Below, one piece after another: positions 1 through 7,416 of a DNA stretch of 64,000 nucleotides. This stretch comes from a candidate division WOR_3 bacterium SM23_42. GTDB taxonomy: Bacteria > Hydrothermota > Tepidihabitantia > SM23-42. The translations under genes and the position numbers were made by a program. How positions within the stretch are numbered: the first letter of the stretch is position 1; each line of letters starts with the position of its first letter. The notes below the pieces were generated by a model. The model ran no database searches. It was not told the DNA's origin and saw only the letters and a list, made by a program, of their open reading frames with translations. The stretch spans positions 64,845-128,844 of the forward strand of contig LJUJ01000004.1 in NCBI GenBank assembly GCA_001303785.1, in the 5' to 3' direction.

Positions 1-740
1 ACGAGAAAGCGAGAAAATATTACGAGACGACGTTGAAAATCAATCCGGAGAATATGGAAGCGTTACATGAACTCGAGAAGTTGATTCCCGACTTCACACC
101 GCAACCCCAGGTGGAAATAACTGAACCGGCTCCGGTAGTAGAACCCGTGGTTGAGGAATCGCAAGTTTCAGAGGTTTCAGAGACACCAATTGAAGAGGTT
201 GAGGTGGCAGCCGTGGAGGAAGAGACAGAAACCGCAGAGATTGCGGCAGCAGTGCCGGTCGTCGAGGAAGCAGAGATCCCGCAACGGGAGGCAGTGGTTG
301 AAGAATCGGATGAGTCAGAGGTCGCCGTGGCTGATCAGGTCATCGAGGAGCTGCCAGAAAAGGCAGTTGAAATCGAATCTGTGCCCTTGGAGGCACTTGA
401 CAAACCCGTCAAGAAGCTTTTGGATTTGCATACGGTGAAGGGTGTTTTTCTTTCCACCAAGGACGGCTTATTGATAAAGAACTACGACAAAGGAAAACAC
501 GATGTCGAGACAACGTGTGCCTCGATTGCTGCGATATGCATGGATGTTGACGAATCTTTTCGATTGCTGAAGCGGGGTGGATTAACGCGTTGTATAATCG
601 AAAAGTCGGATGAGACGCTCTGTGTAATGGCCGTGGGTGATTCGCTGCTGACCGTTGTCACCAGGGTTGAGGCAAAGCCTGGTCTTGTCTTTGTTTACGC
701 ACGCAAGATCATCGAAGAGATAGAGGAGATTCTAGGATGA
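1..740 (+). CDS. TPR repeat - acidic (Glu/Val-rich) linker - Roadblock/LC7 domain protein; 5' end runs off the window
   Basis: Reading frame is open from nt 3 (ARKYYETTLKINPENMEAL... reads as the end of a TPR repeat). A roughly 100-aa acidic low-complexity stretch follows. The C-terminal ~100 aa (VKGVFLSTKDGLLIKNY...LTVVTRVEAKPGLVFVYARKI) has the Roadblock/LC7 (MglB-like) alpha-beta-beta-alpha-beta pattern. Its stop overlaps the next start (ATGA). Confidence 0.6.
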   Translation, partial: EKARKYYETTLKINPENMEALHELEKLIPDFTPQPQVEITEPAPVVEPVVEESQVSEVSETPIEEVEVAAVEEETETAEIAAAVPVVEEAEIPQREAVVEESDESEVAVADQVIEELPEKAVEIESVPLEALDKPVKKLLDLHTVKGVFLSTKDGLLIKNYDKGKHDVETTCASIAAICMDVDESFRLLKRGGLTRCIIEKSDETLCVMAVGDSLLTVVTRVEAKPGLVFVYARKIIEEIEEILG

Positions 741-1039
741 AGATCGACGATTTTACGAAAATACCTAGGGTGTTAGGTGCAGGGTTGGTAAGCGAGGATG
801 GGTTTATCATTGAGGGGCAAGCCAAATTCGAATATGATACGGAAAAACTGGGTGCGATCGCGGCGCGCGTCGTGAATAGGATCAAAAATAGCCTCGGCGT
901 TGCAAAAGCCTCGGCGATAATTTACACCAAGGACAATGTGCTTTTCCTAAGAGATAGCGCGGATGGTATCGCTTTTGTTATCTGCCAGAAAGACGCAAAT
1001 GTCGGATTGGTGAAAATAAGATTGGATAAATTCGCTTAA
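737..1039 (+). CDS. Roadblock/LC7 domain protein (MglB/MglC-like)
   Basis: 100 aa. Pattern GAGLVSEDGFII...AIIYTKDNVLFL...ANVGLVKIRL is typical of Roadblock/LC7. Translationally coupled to the upstream Roadblock-containing ORF. Confidence 0.65.
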   Translation: MKIDDFTKIPRVLGAGLVSEDGFIIEGQAKFEYDTEKLGAIAARVVNRIKNSLGVAKASAIIYTKDNVLFLRDSADGIAFVICQKDANVGLVKIRLDKFA

Positions 1040-1078
1040 GCTGATTGTTGTCCCATTTATGATTGAAGTCTTTTGGTC

Positions 1079-1810
1079 ATGAAGAAGTCAAAATGTAGCA
1101 TGTTCATTATCGCATCCTTGGCATTATGCACTTTCTTGACTCTTAACTGCTCCAGCAAAACCAACAAGAGTGAAGTTCCGTGGGATGTGCTGGCTAGAAA
1201 AGATATGGTTCACAGCCAGTTAGTTGTTCGTGGCATCAGCGATGATGGAGTGATAAATGCCATGCTCAAGGTGGAGCGCCATAGATTCGTGCCTAAGAGC
1301 CTGGAGAAACTGGCATATGGAGACTATCCTTTGCCGATCGGCGAGCAGCAGACAATATCACAGCCCTATATTGTTGCCCTGATGACCGAGGAGCTAGGGT
1401 TGAGGGCAAGCGATCGAGTTTTGGAGATCGGTACCGGCTCCGGTTATCAAGCGGCCGTTCTCGCCCTGTTGGTCGAAGAAGTCTATACAATCGAAATCAT
1501 CCAATCATTGGCTGACTCTGCGGCCGAGCGTCTGAAGAGATTGGGATTTGACAATGTGAACGTGCGCTGTGGCGATGGTTTTCTGGGATGGCCCGAGGCA
1601 TCGCCATTTGATGCGATCATTATCACCTGTGCACCATCCGAGGTGCCCCAACCGCTGGTCGAGCAACTCGACGAAGGGGGCCGACTGATTGTGCCCCTCG
1701 GTGAGGACTTTCAGGTTCTCACCCTTTATGAGAAGAGAAACGGCGAAATGCAGAAAACCGAGATTGCCCCAGTCATGTTTGTACCGATGAAAGGTATGAT
1801 CGAAGAATAA
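1079..1810 (+). CDS. pcm: protein-L-isoaspartate O-methyltransferase with N-terminal lipoprotein-type signal peptide
   Basis: PIMT motifs: QTISQPYIVALMTE, VLEIGTGSGYQAAVLA, GDGFLGWPEASPFDAIII, GGRLIVPLGE. N-terminus MKKSKCSMFIIASLALCTFLTLNC has an n-region, an h-region and a lipobox-like LTLNC. The ORF-track start at 1073 is a TTG; the ATG at 1079 is preferred. Confidence 0.85.
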   Translation: MKKSKCSMFIIASLALCTFLTLNCSSKTNKSEVPWDVLARKDMVHSQLVVRGISDDGVINAMLKVERHRFVPKSLEKLAYGDYPLPIGEQQTISQPYIVALMTEELGLRASDRVLEIGTGSGYQAAVLALLVEEVYTIEIIQSLADSAAERLKRLGFDNVNVRCGDGFLGWPEASPFDAIIITCAPSEVPQPLVEQLDEGGRLIVPLGEDFQVLTLYEKRNGEMQKTEIAPVMFVPMKGMIEE

Positions 1811-1815
1811 CCACA

Positions 1816-1832
1816 TTCCCGCTACGCGGGAA
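1816..1832 (+). terminator. short hairpin (TTCCCGC-tac-GCGGGAA) immediately after the pcm stop; weak U-tract
   Basis: 7-bp perfect stem 6 nt after TAA. Downstream is attcgaaattcg rather than a clean T-run. Confidence 0.25.
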
Positions 1833-2027
1833 ATTCGAAATTCGAATATCGAAATCCTAAATAAATTCTAATACCAAAACTCGAAATTCAAAAGAACAAT
1901 TATGTTATTGTATGATTGTGTAATTCGCTAGCACAATAACGGTAGTGCTTTCCTGATAAGCTGATATCCTGGTTTCTGCGTACTGATTATCTTATCTTCT
2001 GTTATACGTGTCTTGCGCAAACAGGGC

Positions 2028-3365
2028 TTACATTTCCTCGATGAAGTCTGTTGAGATGTCGCCCGCTGCGTACTTTGGATGCTTCATTATTTTTTTGTGA
2101 AAGGGAATGGTGGTAGGGATCCCGTCAATCACGATTTCTTCAAGGGCACGATTCATTCGGGCTATCGCCTCGTCCCTTGAATTTCCATGACAGATAAGCT
2201 TACCGATTAGTGAGTCGTACTGACTCGGGATCACGTGCCCGGCAAAGATGTGGGTATCGAACCTTACCCCAATGCCTTGCGGCATATGAAAGAAAGAAAT
2301 CTTACCTGGCATGGGTACGAAGTTTCTGGCTGGGTCCTCGGCATTTATGCGACACTCAATCGCGTGACCGTGTAGCTCAACATCCTGTTGGTCGAATGCG
2401 ATTTTGTTGCCGAGTGCGATCTTGATTTGTTCCTTTACTATATCAACACCGGTTACCATCTCAGTTACCGGATGTTCGACCTGTATCCTCGTATTCATTT
2501 CCATGAAGTAGTAGTTCTTATCTTGGTCCATGAGAAACTCAATAGTGCCGGCCGATCGATAACCAATGCTCTGAGCTGCCTTCAATGCCGCTTCGATAAG
2601 CCTTTTCCTAAGGTTATCATCGACTGCCGGTGACGGCGATTCTTCAACCAGCTTCTGGTGACGTCGTTGGATTGAACACTCACGCTCGCCCAAGGCAACG
2701 ATTTTCCCGTGGTGATCGCCGAGAATCTGAACCTCGATATGGCGCGGTCGGTGGATAAATTTCTCTAAGTAGATCCTGTTGTCGCCAAATGCTGCCTTGG
2801 CTTCAGCCTGAGCGATTCGGAAACCGGCATCGAGTTCATCTTCATCGCGCGCCACGCGCATGCCTTTGCCACCGCCACCCGCCGCGGCTTTAAGAATCAC
2901 CGGGTATCCGATATTCCTGCAAAGCTTGCGGGCATCTTTTGCGTGTTCTATGTTACTTTTGCTGCCGGGTATGCCCTGCAGACCAGCTGCCTCCATGGTT
3001 TCTTTGGCCTGTATCTTGTCGCCCATCGTTCTGATGTGCGCGGGTGGCGGGCCGATAAAGATTATGCCGCACGATTCACATATCTCGGCGAATTCAGGGT
3101 TTTCGGCAAGAAAGCCGTAGCCTGGATGGATTGCCTTGGCACCGGTTATCTCGGCGGCACTGATTATTCTTGTGATGTTGAGATAACTTTCCTTACTTGG
3201 GGGAGGTCCAATGCAGACTGCTTCGTTGGCGAGACGGGCATGTAAAGATTCCGCATCTATCTCCGAATAGATGGCAACTGTTTTCAGATTTAGCTCATTA
3301 GCGGCACGTATGATGCGCAGGGCTATTTCGCCTCGGTTAGCAATGAGAATCTTCTCAAATTTCAT
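2028..3365 (-). CDS. accC: acetyl-CoA carboxylase biotin carboxylase subunit
   Basis: 445 aa. MKFEKILIANRGEIALRIIRA..., ATP-grasp motifs (GGGGKGMRV, EMNTRIQVEHPVTE) and a biotin carboxylase C-terminal domain. Confidence 0.95.
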   Translation of the reverse strand: MKFEKILIANRGEIALRIIRAANELNLKTVAIYSEIDAESLHARLANEAVCIGPPPSKESYLNITRIISAAEITGAKAIHPGYGFLAENPEFAEICESCGIIFIGPPPAHIRTMGDKIQAKETMEAAGLQGIPGSKSNIEHAKDARKLCRNIGYPVILKAAAGGGGKGMRVARDEDELDAGFRIAQAEAKAAFGDNRIYLEKFIHRPRHIEVQILGDHHGKIVALGERECSIQRRHQKLVEESPSPAVDDNLRKRLIEAALKAAQSIGYRSAGTIEFLMDQDKNYYFMEMNTRIQVEHPVTEMVTGVDIVKEQIKIALGNKIAFDQQDVELHGHAIECRINAEDPARNFVPMPGKISFFHMPQGIGVRFDTHIFAGHVIPSQYDSLIGKLICHGNSRDEAIARMNRALEEIVIDGIPTTIPFHKKIMKHPKYAAGDISTDFIEEM

Positions 3366-3399
3366 TTTGTGTCGACCGGGAGCAAATGTGTATTATTGT

Positions 3400-4518
3400 T
3401 TACTTGTTCTGATCTTTCTTCTCGAATTGTCCCCAGCCTCGCTCCGCGGTTTGCTCAATGCCGACGAGTCTCAGTTTGAATTCATCGGGATTCGTAACGG
3501 CTTGAATGGCATCATCATACGATATCAGACCATCCTTGTAGAGTTTGAATATTGCTTGATCAAAAGTCTGCATACCATATTGCCCAAAGCCATCCTCGAT
3601 CACCGATTGAATAAGCAGCGTCTTCACGGGATCTAAGAGATAATCCCTGACCGTGGGCGTTGCGACAAGAACCTCAACGGCCGGGATGCGACCTTTACCG
3701 TCGGCCCGTGGCAATAACCTGAGCGAGATCACCCCGATGAGGGTTGCGGCAAGAAGAACCCGTACGTGCTGATGTTGATGCGGTGGATAGAAAGAGATTA
3801 TGCGGTTGATGGTTTCGGTGGCATTCAGGGTATGAAGCGTAGAAAGCACTAAATGTCCGGTATCCGCGGCCTTCAGCGCGACATCCATTGTTTCCCGGTC
3901 TCTTATCTCGCCAATCAATATGACATCAGGATCTTGGCGCATGATATGTTTCAACGCGACTGAGAATGAAACAGTATCCATTAGGACTTCACGCTGACAG
4001 ACAATTGAGAGATTATCGCGGAAAAGGTATTCAATCGGATCTTCAATAGTGATGATATGGCGGGCAATATTCTCATTTATGTGCTCTATCATGGCGGCCA
4101 AGGTGGTTGATTTGCCACTACCGGTTGTGCCCGTACAAAGCATCAAGCCGCGCGGTTTGAGCGAGAGATCCTTGAGGATAGAAGGCAGGTTCAATTCTTC
4201 TGTTCTTCGCACGGACATCGGTATAGCCCGCATTGCGATGGCAATACTACCCCGCTGTAGAAATACATTCACCCTAAAGCGCCCAACGCCACGCACACCG
4301 ATGGCGAAATCCATTTCCTTCATACGTTCGAACATCTGCTGTTGAGAAGGAGTCATTATTTGATATGCCATTGCCTTTAAGCTTTCCGGGGTTAGAGATT
4401 CGCCTTTTTCTTCTGCCAACTTTCCATCAACCCTGAAAACCGGCGGTGAACCGGCCTTCAAATGAAGGTCCGAGGCATTCACTTTAACCATCTTTTCGAG
4501 TAGTGTTTTTAGTTCCAT
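3400..4518 (-). CDS. PilT/PilU-family type IV pilus retraction ATPase (third paralog; lacks a clear AIRNLIRE motif, so PilU-like)
   Basis: Walker A GTTGSGKSTT, Asp box, Walker B DVILIGEIRD, His box LVLSTLHT. The C-terminal TPTVRDYLLDP diverges from the AIRNLIRE motif. Sits between accB and accC. Confidence 0.85.
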   Translation of the reverse strand: MELKTLLEKMVKVNASDLHLKAGSPPVFRVDGKLAEEKGESLTPESLKAMAYQIMTPSQQQMFERMKEMDFAIGVRGVGRFRVNVFLQRGSIAIAMRAIPMSVRRTEELNLPSILKDLSLKPRGLMLCTGTTGSGKSTTLAAMIEHINENIARHIITIEDPIEYLFRDNLSIVCQREVLMDTVSFSVALKHIMRQDPDVILIGEIRDRETMDVALKAADTGHLVLSTLHTLNATETINRIISFYPPHQHQHVRVLLAATLIGVISLRLLPRADGKGRIPAVEVLVATPTVRDYLLDPVKTLLIQSVIEDGFGQYGMQTFDQAIFKLYKDGLISYDDAIQAVTNPDEFKLRLVGIEQTAERGWGQFEKKDQNK

Positions 4519-4539
4519 GTTACTCTCTCTTCTAGTATT

Positions 4540-5001
4540 CTATAAAGGTTCTACCAAGATAAGTTCCTGATTATATTCAACCGGATCTTCATTTTTGACT
4601 AGGATTTGCACGACCTTACCTGCAACATCGGATTCGATTTCGTTCATGAGTTTCATTGCTTCGACGATGCATACAACTTGGCCAGGTTTAATGACATCTC
4701 CAATTTCCACGTAGGAAGGTGCGTCCGGAGTCGGTGCCCGATAAAATGTCCCGACGATTGGCGAGCGTATCGCAGCGATGTTCTTCTTTGCCTCGGCTGG
4801 TTTTTCTGTGATTTCTTCTTTCCCCTCCTTGACCACCGGCTCAGAGATTCTTATGGTTTGTGTATTATTACTCAACTTGTTAATCTTGACCCTTCTGCCC
4901 CAAAAATCTGTAATCTCGATTTCCGACACAATACTTGTTTCTAAAATCCTCACGAGTTTTTCGATATCCCTTATTTTCATTTCAGCAATCCTGAGAGCCA
5001 C
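4540..5001 (-). CDS. accB: acetyl-CoA carboxylase biotin carboxyl carrier protein
   Basis: 153 aa. C-terminal biotinyl domain with the EAMKLMNEIE biotin-attachment motif. The N-terminal 25 nt overlap the upstream TPR gene. Confidence 0.9.
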   Translation of the reverse strand: MALRIAEMKIRDIEKLVRILETSIVSEIEITDFWGRRVKINKLSNNTQTIRISEPVVKEGKEEITEKPAEAKKNIAAIRSPIVGTFYRAPTPDAPSYVEIGDVIKPGQVVCIVEAMKLMNEIESDVAGKVVQILVKNEDPVEYNQELILVEPL

Positions 5002-6398
5002 TCTTGAAAGGATTTGAAGTCTTCTTCCTTGCTTTTTGTTGGCTCTTCTTTTTTCTCCAATTCTCTCTCTGGCTCGGGCTGTTGTGCCTTGTCAGGTGGC
5101 TCGACCTCGACTCCCGGGGTCGTTGTTTCTACCGGTTCCTGTGATGTAGCGGGCACGATTTCTTCTGCGGGTTCAGTTGTTTCAATAATCGGTGGTGGTG
5201 TTTCTTCGACTGGCGCAACCGGTTCCTCTTCAATCTCAGGAGACGTTGTCACCGTTGGCCTTGGTTCCACGGCTTCACCTATCGGCAATGGTTTTTCCGC
5301 TTCGCGTTCAGGGGAAGCAGTCTCAGGCAATATTGGTTCCCGTATTTCATCTGCCGGCAATGTCGTTTCAGGTTCGGGCTCGGCAGAGATGGGTTCAGCT
5401 GGTGTTGGCTCTAGCTTTGGTTCAAATGTTGCCAGTTCAATTTCTGGTGGCATGGTTTCGGGCTTGGGTGGCTCAGGTTCTGGTAATTCTTCCGTTACGT
5501 CAGCGACTGGCGCCCCTGGTTCCGGCTGCACGTCCAAGAGTGGAGTCGGCGCTACTTCGTGCGCCGGTTCCTCTCCAGAGGGTTTGCTCTCTTCCTCACT
5601 GGGTTGCGCCGCCACCTTTTCTGCAGCCTGCTCAAGCTCCTCAACTAGAAAGTCTTCCAAACTCTGGATGTCGTTTTGAACGGTTGGCGGTTTTTCTTCG
5701 GTCCCGGTATCCGATGCGCTTGGTGTCTCAGCCTTTTCAGCGGGCTCTTCAGCCGGTAGTTCTTCGGTTTTGAAAACCCTCTCAATCTGCAGGCTTTCTA
5801 TCTTTTCTTCCTCGATCCTGCGTTTTTTTTCGTTTATCGTTTTCTTCAGCGCAGCCACCCTCTGATTGAGAACCAAATCACTCGGGTCGGTGAAGAGCAG
5901 GTTCTCATATATCTTTAAGGCTTCTTTAAGATTACCTTGTTTCTCGTATTCCTCGGCCATGGCGACGGTATAAAGCGGTTCTTTACGCTGAAGAGCTTCC
6001 AACATCGATAGTTTTTCCTGCGCCGTGGTATCCATCGGATCGATGCTGACAATGCTCTTGTAGGCATGTATTTGACCTTTTTCATCTTTCAGTATCTCAG
6101 ATGTTTTTGCCAACATGCGGAGGGCGACTATGTTTTGTGGGTCTAGATCAATCGTCTTCTCAAAAGCGTCTCTTGCTTGTATGTAAGACCTTTTGTCGTA
6201 ATAGCATTTGCCGAGAATCAAGTAGGCAACTGGATACTGTGAGTGGTGCTGGAGACCCTTGTTGAGGACGTCCAGTGCCTCCTCGATCATGTTGTTCTTG
6301 CGATAGACGTCGGCAAGTTGTACGAAAATCCGTGATTTCGGATCCTTATTTAATTTGTCGCTCAGCCTTGCGATATCAGAAAAATCTGCTTCATTCAT
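4977..6398 (-). CDS. TPR repeat protein with long Pro/Glu-rich intrinsically disordered C-terminal half
   Basis: N-terminal ~200 aa have TPR-like repeats (YLILGKCYYDKRSYIQARDAFEKTIDLDPQN...). Roughly 270 aa of PEPEP/EEP low complexity follow. The opposite-strand ORFs 5014..5679 and 5192..5773 are antisense artefacts of this low-complexity region. Confidence 0.6.
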   Translation of the reverse strand: MNEADFSDIARLSDKLNKDPKSRIFVQLADVYRKNNMIEEALDVLNKGLQHHSQYPVAYLILGKCYYDKRSYIQARDAFEKTIDLDPQNIVALRMLAKTSEILKDEKGQIHAYKSIVSIDPMDTTAQEKLSMLEALQRKEPLYTVAMAEEYEKQGNLKEALKIYENLLFTDPSDLVLNQRVAALKKTINEKKRRIEEEKIESLQIERVFKTEELPAEEPAEKAETPSASDTGTEEKPPTVQNDIQSLEDFLVEELEQAAEKVAAQPSEEESKPSGEEPAHEVAPTPLLDVQPEPGAPVADVTEELPEPEPPKPETMPPEIELATFEPKLEPTPAEPISAEPEPETTLPADEIREPILPETASPEREAEKPLPIGEAVEPRPTVTTSPEIEEEPVAPVEETPPPIIETTEPAEEIVPATSQEPVETTTPGVEVEPPDKAQQPEPERELEKKEEPTKSKEEDFKSFQEWLSGLLK

Positions 6399-6442
6399 CT
6401 CATTCCTCAGTATAAATTATCTTATTCATAATATCTATTTTG

Positions 6443-7405
6443 TCAAGAACGAATTAAATTGAACGAATTCAAGATAACCTCTATTTTTGTGAAATAGTCA
6501 GTCTTACGCTCGCCAGGATTGAAAACCATTCCATCAATAATGTAGAGGGTTGCTCCATCGCTGAGGAAATAAGAAAGGAAAGGTCCGCCGGCTATGAGTG
6601 AGTCATTCTGCCAGACACCTCTGAGCCTAACTCCTTTGAGATTGGCGAACTCGATGGTTTCCGCTGTGGTCAGTTCCTTCAAGATGTAATCACCGTTGTA
6701 GTAGAGTTTGGTAAGCGAATCACGCTTTGCCAGGGCAAATTGCCCGTCGGGTTTTGTTCGCCTGGTTTCCTTGTAGAAGAATATGCTACGGTCGGGAAAG
6801 TGAGTGTGCATGTAGATGAAGTTGGCATCCTGATGGGTGGAGTCAATCAACCAGGCCTCGTTTATATCAAGCTTCATACCGTATCTCTTCAGTCGATCCT
6901 TCATCTTGCTACTGACCCCGGTTAAGTAGTAATTTTTCTTCACTCTCTGGTAATAATGTTCCTCCAATACCTGTGCGATGAGCTGGCCGTATTTTTCGAT
7001 ACCACGGGCGATGTGTGACTCATCCCTCGCTGCCAGTATGACCGTCAGTTGTCCGTCCGCCCACAGATTACTCAGTTTGAACAAGGTGAAGGTGTCTTTC
7101 TTGGTTGCCGCCCGCGCATCTTTACTCAGCATGTCATATATGTATTCGTCTTCCAGACTTCCGTACAGCAGAATAGCATGGTGGTTCTTATATGCTTCAA
7201 TGGCCGTGTCGCCCACGAATATGAAGTTGAATATTCCTTCTTCCTGCGGGACATAGTTGTACAGCTGAATGTTTTCATATACCTTATCCTCTTCGATTTG
7301 ACGCGCAATGACGATCACGTCGTTGCTTTTTCCGACGCTACGTGTTAATCGTGCACACGTCACAACCACTAGAAGCATGAGTAAGATAAGAACTGTGTTT
7401 TTCAC
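6443..7405 (-). CDS. hypothetical lipoprotein (possibly DUF4837-like)
   Basis: Signal peptide MKNTVLILLMLLVVVTCARL. No recognisable catalytic motifs. The DUF4837 family assignment is from memory only. Confidence 0.45.
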   Translation of the reverse strand: MKNTVLILLMLLVVVTCARLTRSVGKSNDVIVIARQIEEDKVYENIQLYNYVPQEEGIFNFIFVGDTAIEAYKNHHAILLYGSLEDEYIYDMLSKDARAATKKDTFTLFKLSNLWADGQLTVILAARDESHIARGIEKYGQLIAQVLEEHYYQRVKKNYYLTGVSSKMKDRLKRYGMKLDINEAWLIDSTHQDANFIYMHTHFPDRSIFFYKETRRTKPDGQFALAKRDSLTKLYYNGDYILKELTTAETIEFANLKGVRLRGVWQNDSLIAGGPFLSYFLSDGATLYIIDGMVFNPGERKTDYFTKIEVILNSFNLIRS

Positions 7406-7416
7406 TTATACCTCCT

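Noticed and set aside
151-438. 95-aa Arg/Lys/Gln-rich ORF on the + strand
   Set aside because: It is an alternative frame of the acidic linker in the TPR-Roadblock gene (33..740). The low-complexity mirror composition is a typical artefact.
1811-2027. Possible tRNA or small RNA gene in the 217-nt pcm-accC spacer
   Set aside because: No cloverleaf can be drawn (no acceptor/T-arm pairing, no GTTC box). The region is better explained by a short hairpin plus the dispersed CTGATA-type repeat.
5014-5773. Two long + strand ORFs (221 and 193 aa) rich in Ser/Gly/Ala and Leu/Pro/Val
   Set aside because: They are antisense to the Pro/Glu-rich low-complexity tail of the TPR protein (4977..6398). Repetitive GAA/CCN codons keep the opposite strand open. 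No start signals.
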